NCBI GenBank assembly: GCA_964374115.1
Contig: CAYJXK010000001.1
Coordinates: 20,790-84,789, forward strand
DNA: 64,000 bases
From: an uncultured Gammaproteobacteria bacterium
Lineage (GTDB): Bacteria > Patescibacteriota > Patescibacteriia > Magasanikbacterales > UBA922
Reading direction: 5' to 3'
The notes beneath the pieces were generated by a model, which did no database searches, had not been told where the DNA came from, and saw nothing but the letters and a program-made list of their open reading frames with translations. The position numbers were made by a program, and so were the translations under genes. Below are positions 10,094-18,790 of the stretch, one piece after another (the first letter of the stretch is position 1; each line of letters opens with the position of its first letter).

Positions 10094-11224
10094 ATGTTTT
10101 TCAAGAAAAAAGAAAAAAAATCTGATGCTTCTCTTTCAGATTCAGAGTCTCGAACGATTCAGACGATTCCGGACGCATTTTACGGTGGGCAAAATCCGGA
10201 TGTGTATGGGGTGAAACATCTGGAACAGACAGAGCACAAAGCCTCGCTGATGAAACCGATTCATCTCTCGAGACCATCTGATAGCGCGTCACCCTTGTTT
10301 CATTCAAAGAAATTTATTCGTATCAGCATTGCAAGCGTGAGTTTTGTCATCATTGTGGGAGCGATCACGTGGTATTATATTGGACAAGCACAGCGGCAGC
10401 GCGCTCGAGAGACGAATCAGAGAGTGGCTCCATCAATTTCCTCTGTCCCGATTGTGAATACGACCGCTACAGAGACGCTCGCGCTCACAACATCATCTCC
10501 TCTCATTTTCTCACAGACGACGAATATGCCCACGGCGCCATCACTTGGTTCCGCGCCGATCCAGTTTCCTTCCCCGACCACACTTCTCGCCTCTGATCTT
10601 GATAATGATTCGCTCACTGATCTCGAAGAAGAAGTGTTTCTCACAGATTCAGGGGTGTGGGATACAGACACCGATGGATATTACGACGGACAAGAAGTCA
10701 TCAATTTATATAACCCAAAAGGAATTGCTCCAGAAAAACTTTTGGATTCTGGTTTAGTCGGCGCGTATGTCAATCCGACATGGAAATATACGGTGTATTA
10801 TCCGAGTACTTGGGAAATTGCTCCAGTAGATACAGAAGCCGACGAGGTGTTGGTGAGTGGGTTGCATGGAGATTTTATTGAAATACGCGCCATACCAAAA
10901 GGCCTCAATGAGTCCTTTGTCTCTTGGTTCGCGACACATGCGGCAGGACAACAATTTTCTGATTATTTTCCGAGAAAGAATCGGTTCGGACATGATATTT
11001 TTGTGCGAAAAGACGGGTTGGTGATAGTCGTCCCCGGGTCGGACGCCGTATTTGTGATTGTCTATCATACCGAAGGACAGGAGATCATTTTTCCACATAT
11101 CATAGATATGATGACGCAAAGTTTCCAAGAAGGAACGATCAACGTATTTATTCCTTCGTCAGATGTATCTATTGTTACATCCTCTGCAACATCTTCTGTT
11201 TCCGATGAAGAGGAAATCCTATGA
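10094..11224 (+). CDS. Paralogous membrane protein with TSP3-like repeats plus a ~200-aa C-terminal domain of unknown function.
   Basis: Start placed at the in-frame ATG at 10094 (MFFKKKEKK); the ORF track opens at 10019. A TM helix (IASVSFVIIVGAITWYYI), a Ser/Thr/Pro linker, then DLDNDSLTDLEEEVFLTDSGVWDTDTDGYYDGQEV. Same architecture as 9200..9976. Confidence 0.6.
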   Translation: MFFKKKEKKSDASLSDSESRTIQTIPDAFYGGQNPDVYGVKHLEQTEHKASLMKPIHLSRPSDSASPLFHSKKFIRISIASVSFVIIVGAITWYYIGQAQRQRARETNQRVAPSISSVPIVNTTATETLALTTSSPLIFSQTTNMPTAPSLGSAPIQFPSPTTLLASDLDNDSLTDLEEEVFLTDSGVWDTDTDGYYDGQEVINLYNPKGIAPEKLLDSGLVGAYVNPTWKYTVYYPSTWEIAPVDTEADEVLVSGLHGDFIEIRAIPKGLNESFVSWFATHAAGQQFSDYFPRKNRFGHDIFVRKDGLVIVVPGSDAVFVIVYHTEGQEIIFPHIIDMMTQSFQEGTINVFIPSSDVSIVTSSATSSVSDEEEIL

Positions 11225-11658
11225 CGTGTATTGTCTATCGGCAGGTGAAAGATGTTCCTCTCTCTTCGCGCATAATTCAGAAACTTGTACAGACACTTCT
11301 TTTGTCTTTTCCGCAATCAAAAAGAGGATCGCTGAATGTCCATCTGGTCGGACTTGATCGCATGAGAACGCTGAACAGAACGATGAGAGGGGTGGATCGG
11401 CCGACAGACGTGTTGTCGTTTGCTATAACAAAGGATCAGAACACGAGAAAGACAGAGAGAGATCTTGGAGACATTTTTTTATGCGTCCCGTATCTTGCGT
11501 CTCAAGCGAGGAGATTTGGCGTGTCTGTGCGAGAAGAATGCGCGCGGATGCTCATCCATGGGGTACTCCATATTGGTGGATTTGATCATACGACAAAAAA
11601 AGAAGCAGACCGCATGTTTTTTCTGCAGGAAAAGTTGCTTCGGAAACTGCACTTATAA
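11221..11658 (+). CDS. ybeY: Endoribonuclease YbeY (rRNA maturation factor).
   Basis: PTDVLSF motif and the metal-binding HGVLHIGGFDH (H-x3-H-x5-H) signature. Shows a 4-nt ATGA overlap with the upstream gene. Confidence 0.85.
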   Translation: MTCIVYRQVKDVPLSSRIIQKLVQTLLLSFPQSKRGSLNVHLVGLDRMRTLNRTMRGVDRPTDVLSFAITKDQNTRKTERDLGDIFLCVPYLASQARRFGVSVREECARMLIHGVLHIGGFDHTTKKEADRMFFLQEKLLRKLHL

Positions 11659-11665
11659 TACGTGT

Positions 11666-12037
11666 ATGTCCATTCGTATATTCGCGCGCAGTATCCATTG
11701 TGCTATAAAAGGCCTTCGATTAATCTTCAAAGAAGAACAGAATTTTCGTTTGGAGATAGCGGGCGCTTTTGGCGTTCTTTTTCTTTCTTTCATGTTTCAT
11801 GTCACCAGATCAGAATTTTTTATTCTTCTGGTCATGATTTTTTTTGTTCTCACTATCGAGATCATAAATACCATTGTTGAACGGTTGCTCGATATGTTGA
11901 AACCCAGACTGCATATGCATGTCGAGGTGATCAAAGATATGATGGCGGGCGCGGTATTATGCGTCTCGATGATTGCGGCGATTATTGGATTCATGATTTT
12001 TATTCCATATATTCTTGAATTTCTGTTCTCACAATGA
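11666..12037 (+). CDS. dgkA: Diacylglycerol kinase (DgkA family).
   Basis: About 123 aa and three TM helices. Has IEIINTIVERLLDM and KDMMAGAVLCVSMIAAIIG, typical of the prokaryotic DagK family. Start placed at the ATG at 11666, just after the ybeY stop; the track ORF from 11465 overlaps ybeY in another frame. Confidence 0.75.
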   Translation: MSIRIFARSIHCAIKGLRLIFKEEQNFRLEIAGAFGVLFLSFMFHVTRSEFFILLVMIFFVLTIEIINTIVERLLDMLKPRLHMHVEVIKDMMAGAVLCVSMIAAIIGFMIFIPYILEFLFSQ

Positions 12038-12055
12038 TACGATGAGGAAACGTGT

Positions 12056-13321
12056 ATGATTTTACGACGCGCACAACAGAGCGAACTTATTACAGGACTC
12101 GAAATCGGATCGACAGCGATTCGTCTTGCTGTCGGCCACATGGTTCGGGGGATGAATGGCAAAGAGGATCTCCAGATCATCGGCATGGGAGAAGTACCGT
12201 CTGATGGCGTGCATCGGGGAGTCGTTTCGAGTATTGAAGAAACGGTTTCTTCGCTTTCCAATGGTTTGGAACAAATAGAACGGCTGATTGGAGTCCCAAT
12301 AGAACATGCGTGGATAGGTATTTCTGGGATACATATTTTTGCCGAAGAATGCAAAGGAGTGGTCGCTGTCGCCAAAGCTGACGGAGAGATTTCTGAAGAG
12401 GATGTTGATCGAGCAATTGATGCCGCACGAACGGTTGCCGTGCCGCTCAATTATGAGATTCTTCACGTATTGCCACGTCGTTTCAATGTGGATGGTCAGA
12501 CAGGAATCAAGGATCCTGTGGGGATGACAGGAACACGCCTTGAGGCGGATGCTCATATCATCTATGGAGTCGCGGCTCACATGAAAAATATTACCAAAGC
12601 CGTGCATCGGGCCGGTCTCGATATTGATGATCTTGTGCTGTCTATTCTTTCAGCTGGAGAAGTGGTCGTGACGTCTCGACAGAAAGATCTTGGCGTTGCG
12701 GTGGTCAATATTGGCGGATCAACAACGAGTATGGTCGTGTATGAAGAAGGGGATATCCTTCATACGGCGGTACTCCCATTGGGATCAGAACATATCACGA
12801 ATGATATTGCCATCGGTCTTCGCACATCCATTGATATCGCCGAGCGCGTCAAAATTCAAATGGGGACTTGTCTTCTCGATGCAGTATCCAAAAAAGAAAA
12901 AATTAACTTGGCCGAGTACGGCGCGACGGATGAGGAAATAGTATCTCGGGCGTATCTTGCAGAGATCATTGAGGCGCGCGTCACAGAACTCATGGAAAAG
13001 GTGGATGAACAACTGGCGCGTATCGGGCGGCGCGCTCGACTTCCAGCTGGAGTTGTATTTCTTGGAGGTGGCGCCAAGATCCATGGCCTCAGAGATGTGG
13101 GGAAACAGATTCTTGGTGTTTCTGCGTCTCTCGGATATCCGCTGTTTATTACCAGTGGCCAGCCTCGAGTCAATGATATTGGGTTTACCTCGACCGTGGG
13201 ACTGGTGCGCTGGGGGGCAGAAATGCGTCGCAGAGGAGTCCAACCCGGTCATGGTCCATTCGGCAACGTCGGAAAAGTGATCGACAAAGTACAACATTTT
13301 TTGAAATCATTGATGCCATAA
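12056..13321 (+). CDS. ftsA: Cell division protein FtsA.
   Basis: Actin-fold ATPase motifs (LEIGSTAIRLAVG, VVNIGGSTTSMVVY, VFLGGGAKIHGL). Lies immediately upstream of ftsZ. Confidence 0.9.
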   Translation: MILRRAQQSELITGLEIGSTAIRLAVGHMVRGMNGKEDLQIIGMGEVPSDGVHRGVVSSIEETVSSLSNGLEQIERLIGVPIEHAWIGISGIHIFAEECKGVVAVAKADGEISEEDVDRAIDAARTVAVPLNYEILHVLPRRFNVDGQTGIKDPVGMTGTRLEADAHIIYGVAAHMKNITKAVHRAGLDIDDLVLSILSAGEVVVTSRQKDLGVAVVNIGGSTTSMVVYEEGDILHTAVLPLGSEHITNDIAIGLRTSIDIAERVKIQMGTCLLDAVSKKEKINLAEYGATDEEIVSRAYLAEIIEARVTELMEKVDEQLARIGRRARLPAGVVFLGGGAKIHGLRDVGKQILGVSASLGYPLFITSGQPRVNDIGFTSTVGLVRWGAEMRRRGVQPGHGPFGNVGKVIDKVQHFLKSLMP

Positions 13322-13483
13322 GGAAGGAGAGGGTATTTTTTTTCCTTTAGTTATACACACAGAGAAAATAGCCTTACTTGACATCATTTATAGAAAAAAG
13401 ATACACTACCTGCGACGTTTGTGTATTTTTTTCTTTTATTTTTCTGAACACTTTTATTGTTCAGGAGAATACCAACCATACGT

Positions 13484-14752
13484 ATGCCGCATGTAAAGCC
13501 AGAAATTGAAACATTCGCGAAAATCAAAGTGATTGGTGTCGGCGGATCTGGCGGATCTGCTGTTGATCGCATGGTTCGGCAAGGAATTCGAGGAGTCGAA
13601 TTCCTTGCCATGAATACCGATGTTCAGGCATTGCATCACAATAGCGCCCCGCACAAGCTGCATCTTGGCAAAACGGTCACTCGTGGACTTGGCGCAGGGA
13701 TGGATCCAGAAGTCGGGAGACGTGGCGCGGAAGAAACCCAGAATGAAATTCGTGAAGTACTCAAAGATACCGACATGGTATTTATCACGTGCGGACTCGG
13801 CGGTGGCACTGGATCTGGCGCCAGTCCGATTATCGCGGAGATCGCGAGAGAAATGGGCGCGCTTACAGTGGGCGTTGTCACCAAACCATTTTCATTTGAA
13901 GGACCGCAAAGAAAAAGAATCGCAGAGGCCGCGTACGATGAATTATCTCGGCACGTGGATACCGTGATTACGATCCCGAACGATCGGGTACTTCAAATTA
14001 TTGATAAAAAAACATCTCTTCTCGACGCGTTCAAAATTGTTGATGATGTCCTGCGACAAGGAGTCCAGGGGATTTCTGAACTCATTACTGTTCCGGGGCT
14101 TATTAATGTTGATTTTGCCGATGTGAAGACCATCATGCGCGATCAAGGATCAGCGCTCATGGGAATTGGCATAGGCTCTGGCGATACACGAGCGACAGAC
14201 GCGGCACACATGGCTATTTCAAGTCCACTGCTGGAAATTTCTATTGATGGAGCGCGAGGCATTCTCTTTACGATCACGGGCGGAACCAGCTTGGGTATGC
14301 AAGAGGTCGCAGAAGCGGCCAAGGTGATTACCACCTCAGCTGACGATGATGCAAAAGTGATTTTTGGGGCGGTGATTGATGAGAGTATGGGAGAGGATAT
14401 CCGGATCACCGTGATTGCGACTGGATTTGAAGATCGAGAACGGGAAAGAACATTGCGGCAAACGGAAGAAGATCTCATTGGTTCTCTTCCAAAGAAAAAA
14501 CCATTGTATTCGACCGCGCTTTTCACCAAAAAGAAACCGGTGTTTGACGTGGAGGAAAAAAATATCCCGTTGTCTCTTGACCAAGACCACGATCAAGAAG
14601 AGAGCCGGAAGAATATATTTACCAAAAAATCTCTCCAAGATCCCAAAGATACGCTCCGTCCCTTTTTGTCAGGGACGAAGAAAGAGAAAGAACTCGACGA
14701 TGTTGATGATCTCGAAATTCCCACCTTTATTCGTCGGAAGATGGGTATGTAG
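13484..14752 (+). CDS. ftsZ: Cell division GTPase FtsZ.
   Basis: [17 protein letters not shown], the tubulin signature [10 protein letters not shown], and the T7 loop NVDFADVKT. The ATG at 13484 is preferred; an in-frame TTG at 13457 is also possible. Confidence 0.95.
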   Translation: MPHVKPEIETFAKIKVIGVGGSGGSAVDRMVRQGIRGVEFLAMNTDVQALHHNSAPHKLHLGKTVTRGLGAGMDPEVGRRGAEETQNEIREVLKDTDMVFITCGLGGGTGSGASPIIAEIAREMGALTVGVVTKPFSFEGPQRKRIAEAAYDELSRHVDTVITIPNDRVLQIIDKKTSLLDAFKIVDDVLRQGVQGISELITVPGLINVDFADVKTIMRDQGSALMGIGIGSGDTRATDAAHMAISSPLLEISIDGARGILFTITGGTSLGMQEVAEAAKVITTSADDDAKVIFGAVIDESMGEDIRITVIATGFEDRERERTLRQTEEDLIGSLPKKKPLYSTALFTKKKPVFDVEEKNIPLSLDQDHDQEESRKNIFTKKSLQDPKDTLRPFLSGTKKEKELDDVDDLEIPTFIRRKMGM

Positions 14753-14758
14753 TGTTAT

Positions 14759-15220
14759 ATGTATTGTCCCGTATGCCGATCGAAAGAGACAAAAGTGATA
14801 GATTCACGGATGACGCAGGATGGAGATGCGATTCGTCGGCGGAGAGAATGTGAACAATGCGGGTATCGGTTTTCTACCATCGAAGAGAGCGAGCTCCTCG
14901 ATATTGTTGTCGTGAAACGTGATGGACATCGAGAAGCGTATGTGCGAAAGAAAATAGAGGCAGGCGTTACCCAATCACTTATCAAGCGGCCGTACACCGA
15001 AGAATCATTCGATCGCTTGGTGCACGCGATTGAAAAAGATATACAAAAAAAGAGACGGCGTGAAATCACGAGCAAGGAAATCGGAGAAATCGTGATGAAG
15101 CATCTTCGACGTTTCGACAAAGTCGCCTATATTCGATTTGCTTCGATTTATCGGGCGTTTGAAGATGTGGACACATTTCGAGACGAGATTGATTCTCTTG
15201 AGAAACGAAAAAAAACATAA
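14759..15220 (+). CDS. nrdR: Transcriptional repressor NrdR.
   Basis: N-terminal zinc ribbon MYCPVCRSKETKVIDSR...CEQCGYRFST followed by an ATP-cone domain. Length is 153 aa. Confidence 0.9.
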   Translation: MYCPVCRSKETKVIDSRMTQDGDAIRRRRECEQCGYRFSTIEESELLDIVVVKRDGHREAYVRKKIEAGVTQSLIKRPYTEESFDRLVHAIEKDIQKKRRREITSKEIGEIVMKHLRRFDKVAYIRFASIYRAFEDVDTFRDEIDSLEKRKKT

Positions 15221-15438
15221 TTGTCCTTCTTGCCAGGAAAAGCTTCATTATGGTATTGTACCAATCAATAAATTCATATCGAGTTTTTTCCTCTCGCGCC
15301 ATCCCATCATTTTTTCTTTGTCTCCAAAACCCGCGTGTTGCAGACAGGAAAGATATTGCATTCATTCTCGACCTCGCTATACGTTCAGATATGGCCTACA
15401 GAGTTGCAGGCAAAGAAAAAGTGACTGAATGGCGCTTG

Positions 15439-15473
15439 GGAGAGCGCGTCAGACACCGAAACTCGCTATGAGT
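15439..15473 (+). repeat. Copy 1 of a 35-nt conserved intergenic element GGAGAGCGCGTCAGACACcGAAACTCGCTATGAGT.
   Basis: 34/35 identical to 39772..39806. Degenerate copies of the 3' half lie at 60968..60982 (inverted) and 61157..61174. Confidence 0.6.
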
Positions 15474-15522
15474 CCAATGATTTCATTCTATGATAGATTC
15501 TTCAGGAGGCCGTTTGAACCTC

Positions 15523-15690
15523 ATGGCCATCGGAAATTTTCTTCGTTTTCTTCTCATCATCATTCCTCTTGTATTAGTGCTACTGTATCTTCCGCCCATT
15601 TTTCGCCAGTGGTATCAACAATTGCAACCTGTATTCGCTCTGACAAATTCTTTCTCTCCAAAAGAATTGCAAAAATTTTTACAAGAATAA
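15523..15690 (+). CDS. Candidate small hydrophobic peptide (55 aa, one TM helix).
   Basis: ATG preceded by AGGAGG about 10 nt upstream. Sequence MAIGNFLRFLLIIIPLVLVLLYLPPIF... A TATGAT -10-like hexamer lies at 15489-15494. No homology could be assessed. Confidence 0.3.
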   Translation: MAIGNFLRFLLIIIPLVLVLLYLPPIFRQWYQQLQPVFALTNSFSPKELQKFLQE

Positions 15691-15713
15691 CATGGCGTTC
15701 GCGTTTGCCAGAG

Positions 15714-15741
15714 GTGAACGCCTCTGTGAGAGGCACACGCG
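15714..15741 (+). promoter_or_regulatory. Second copy of the 28-nt hairpin motif GTGAACGCCTCTgTGAGAGGCAcACGCG, 20 nt upstream of the htrA ATG. It is preceded by a second hairpin GGCGTTC...GAACGCC.
   Basis: Same as the previous feature. Confidence 0.5.
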
Positions 15742-15761
15742 AAAATTCTACATAAGAATAT

Positions 15762-17027
15762 ATGGCATCTCATGAATCACCCGAGATAGCATCATACACA
15801 CGCCGCGCTCTTGCGACCGCGCTTGTTGTGGGTGTTCTCGCGGGCGGTGGCGGGGGAATTCTTGCCGGCATGCTGGTGTCCCAAGGCAAACTTTCTTTGA
15901 AAATTCCTCAATCAGAATCAACAGGAACATTACAACAAACCCAGTATTCTGATGAAGAAACAGCCACGATTGATGTCGTCGCGAAAGCCAACCCCGCGGT
16001 GGTGAGTGTGGTCATTTCCAAAGAACAAGGAAACGTTCCACAGGGCGTGGAATTTTTTCCGTTCGATGATTTTTTCAGTCCAGGATTTCCATTTCGTATT
16101 CAAGTTCCAGAACAGTCGAAGCCAAAGGACAAAGATGATCAGAAATCGGCACTTCAGCGTATTGGTGGAGGAAGCGGTTTCATTATTGAGTCTGACGGTC
16201 TTATTGTTACCAACAAACATGTCGTTGATGATGAAGAGGCGGTGTATACCATTGTCCTCTCGGGAGGAGAGGAATATGAAGCGCAGGTCATTGCCAAAGA
16301 CCCGATCCTCGATATTGGCTTGCTCAAAATTGAAGCAAAGAATTTACCCACGCTCCCGCTTGGAGATTCCGATAGCATCGCTCTTGGCCAATCAGTGATC
16401 GCGATAGGCAACGCGCTCGCAGAGCTTGGCAACACGGTTACCCGAGGAGTCGTGAGCGGCATCAATCGGCGGGTAGAGGCAGGCGATGGACGCGGGCAGA
16501 CCGAAGTACTCGAAGAGGCCATTCAGACAGACGCCGCGATCAATCAAGGAAATTCTGGTGGGCCGCTCTTAAATCTCGCGGGGCAGGTCATTGGCATTAA
16601 TACAGCCGTTTCAAGTCGCGGACAGCTGATTGGATTTGCGATCCCGATCAATAGCGTGAAACAGACGATCAATAGCGTTCGAGAATACGGAAAAATAATC
16701 CGGCCATGGCTTGGAGTACGGTATCAACCAGTGACACCGCGTCTCTCTGAACTCAACAATCTTTCTGTCACATATGGAGCTTTGGTGGTGCGTGGAAATA
16801 GTCCGGAAGAGCTTGCAGTGATTCCGGGTTCTCCTGCAGACAAAGCAGGATTGGTAGAAAACGATATTATTTTGGAAATCAATGGGCACAGGCTCGAAGA
16901 CAAAGACTCACTTGGAAAACTGATCGCAACATTTGCTGTTGGCGAGACTATCCCATTGAAAATTCTTCGTAAAGGAAATGAAAAAATTGTGGAGGTGACG
17001 CTCGCGGAGTTTCCTGTGGATGATTGA
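15762..17027 (+). CDS. htrA: HtrA/DegP-family periplasmic serine protease with a C-terminal PDZ domain.
   Basis: N-terminal TM anchor and a trypsin-like domain carrying GNSGGPLLN. PDZ domain (LVVRGNSPEELAVIPGSPADKAGLVENDIILEINGHRL). Confidence 0.9.
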   Translation: MASHESPEIASYTRRALATALVVGVLAGGGGGILAGMLVSQGKLSLKIPQSESTGTLQQTQYSDEETATIDVVAKANPAVVSVVISKEQGNVPQGVEFFPFDDFFSPGFPFRIQVPEQSKPKDKDDQKSALQRIGGGSGFIIESDGLIVTNKHVVDDEEAVYTIVLSGGEEYEAQVIAKDPILDIGLLKIEAKNLPTLPLGDSDSIALGQSVIAIGNALAELGNTVTRGVVSGINRRVEAGDGRGQTEVLEEAIQTDAAINQGNSGGPLLNLAGQVIGINTAVSSRGQLIGFAIPINSVKQTINSVREYGKIIRPWLGVRYQPVTPRLSELNNLSVTYGALVVRGNSPEELAVIPGSPADKAGLVENDIILEINGHRLEDKDSLGKLIATFAVGETIPLKILRKGNEKIVEVTLAEFPVDD

Positions 17028-17040
17028 GCATGACGAATCT

Positions 17041-18474
17041 ATGAATAAACGAACCAAAATTGTTGCAACGCTTGGCCCTTCATCAGAGACATCTGATGTC
17101 ATAAAACAGATGGTCGAGGGAGGAATGAACATCGCGCGGCTCAATTTTTCTCACGGAACATACGACAATCATTTACTTCTTATTGAGAGAATTCGTGACG
17201 TAGAAAAAACGTCTGGCCAGTGCATTGGCATTCTTCAAGATATCCAAGGTCCAAAGATTCGGATTGGAGCGCTAGAAAGCCCTCGTGTCCTTGAAAAAGG
17301 AGACGACGTCATTTTTGATACTTCTTCGGAAGTGCAGGGTTCCCACATTCCTCTGGATTTTTCCGATCTTCATCAGTATGTACACTCTGGCGATCGATTG
17401 TTTCTCTGTGATGGCAACATCGAAACGCGGATTACTCGTGTTGAGGGGACGAACATATATGCCGAGGTGCGTGTGGGCGGCGAGATTATCTCCCACAAAG
17501 GCATCAATGTGCCGGATACATCACTTCCTGTTCGAGTGCTTACAGAAAAAGACAAACAAGATATTCGTTTTGGAGTAAAAAATGGCGTTGATATGATCGC
17601 GCTTTCTTTTGTGCGGAATGCGAAAGATATTTCTGATGCGCGCGCATGGATAGAGAGTATAGAAAAAGAAGAAAACATTTCAGGACAGCCTCCCATTCGA
17701 TTGATCGCAAAGATTGAACGCAAGGAAGCAGTCGAAAACATGACAGAGATTCTTGAAGTCGCCGATGGCATCATGATCGCGCGAGGAGATCTGGGGATTG
17801 AAATTCCTGACGCAGAAGTCCCTATTGCGCAAAGGAATCTCATCGATGTAGCGCTTCGGGCAGCGAAACCTGTGATTGTCGCGACTCAGATGCTCGATTC
17901 CATGCAAGCAAATCCTCGGCCCACACGCGCCGAAGTATCTGACGTTGCGCACGCTGTTATGGATCACACGGACGCAGTAATGCTCTCGAATGAAACAGCA
18001 ACAGGCACCTACCCGGTCGACGCTGTGCGTATCATGGGAGAAATTATTGAACAAACAGAAAAATCAGTATATGACAATTTGCCTCTTCGCGATATACATA
18101 GCCATGGAGAGATTTTAGGAGACGTGATGAGCGAGTTGACGCGGCTCCTCGGAGATGATATCAAGGCAAAGGCGATTATCACAGCGTCTTTCTCTGGAGA
18201 TATCGCACGACATATCAGCCGATATCGGCCAGAGATGCCGATTGTGGCGGGGACAGAGACGCTTCGGGTTTGTCATCAGCTCAATCTTTCTTGGGGAGTG
18301 GTGCCCGTGCAACTTCTTCCATGTGATACCGTCGAAGTATTAAAAAAAGGAGCAATATCGTATATAAAAAATCACCAGCTTGGGAAGAGCGGTGATCAGG
18401 TGATTGTTGTGTCAGGAAATCCGGTCGGTGATGAAAAGCATGTGAATGTTCTTGAGGTTGTGCATGTGACATGA
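17041..18474 (+). CDS. pyk: Pyruvate kinase.
   Basis: MNKRTKIVATLGPSS, MNIARLNFSHGT and MIARGDLGIEIP motifs. Start placed at the ATG at 17041, after the htrA stop. Confidence 0.9.
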   Translation: MNKRTKIVATLGPSSETSDVIKQMVEGGMNIARLNFSHGTYDNHLLLIERIRDVEKTSGQCIGILQDIQGPKIRIGALESPRVLEKGDDVIFDTSSEVQGSHIPLDFSDLHQYVHSGDRLFLCDGNIETRITRVEGTNIYAEVRVGGEIISHKGINVPDTSLPVRVLTEKDKQDIRFGVKNGVDMIALSFVRNAKDISDARAWIESIEKEENISGQPPIRLIAKIERKEAVENMTEILEVADGIMIARGDLGIEIPDAEVPIAQRNLIDVALRAAKPVIVATQMLDSMQANPRPTRAEVSDVAHAVMDHTDAVMLSNETATGTYPVDAVRIMGEIIEQTEKSVYDNLPLRDIHSHGEILGDVMSELTRLLGDDIKAKAIITASFSGDIARHISRYRPEMPIVAGTETLRVCHQLNLSWGVVPVQLLPCDTVEVLKKGAISYIKNHQLGKSGDQVIVVSGNPVGDEKHVNVLEVVHVT

Positions 18475-18500
18475 TGGGAGCCGGACGGGACATCGGCTAT

Positions 18501-18530
18501 GGTAGAGACGCATTGCAATGCGTCTCTACC
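18501..18530. repeat. Perfect 30-bp palindrome GGTAGAGACGCATTGCAATGCGTCTCTACC between the convergent pyk and small-peptide genes.
   Basis: 15+15 nt self-complementary with no loop and no flanking U-tract on either strand. Confidence 0.7.
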
Positions 18531-18549
18531 TGCCCTGCCCCGGTCCGGT

Positions 18550-18699
18550 CTAGCCTTGGATAGCGATTTTTCTCAGGACGGCGGCGACCGCGATGAAAGC
18601 GATCACCAAGACGAGTATGAGGACGATCAGACATCCACAGCCGCCTGTGCCCTTCGCACTCCATCGCCCGAGAAAGAACCCAATCAGAAATTCCCACAT
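18550..18699 (-). CDS. Small membrane peptide (49 aa). Absent from the ORF track, which lists only ORFs of 60 aa or more.
   Basis: Translates as MWEFLIGFFLGRWSAKGTGGCGCLIVLILVLVIAFIAVAAVLRKIAIQG. AAGGAG sits 5 nt upstream of the ATG. A TTGACA-N16/17-TATATT promoter lies further upstream on the same strand. Confidence 0.45.
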   Translation of the reverse strand: MWEFLIGFFLGRWSAKGTGGCGCLIVLILVLVIAFIAVAAVLRKIAIQG

Positions 18700-18753
18700 G
18701 TGCGCTCCTTACGCATGAGGAAACACCTGTCCGTACAGTTCACGGAACGATAT

Positions 18754-18781
18754 AATATAGCACAAAAAAAGGGATTGTCAA
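18754..18781 (-). promoter_or_regulatory. Near-consensus sigma70-type promoter (TTGACA-N16/17-TATATT) driving the small minus-strand peptide gene.
   Basis: Minus-strand reading: tTTGACAatcccttttttttgtgcTATATTat, then AAGGAG and ATG. Confidence 0.5.
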
Positions 18782-18790
18782 ACTACGACT

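Noticed and set aside
11465-11665. 5' extension of the dgkA ORF called from 11465.
   Set aside because: It overlaps ybeY in another frame for 190 nt. The ATG at 11666 gives a canonical ~123-aa DgkA.
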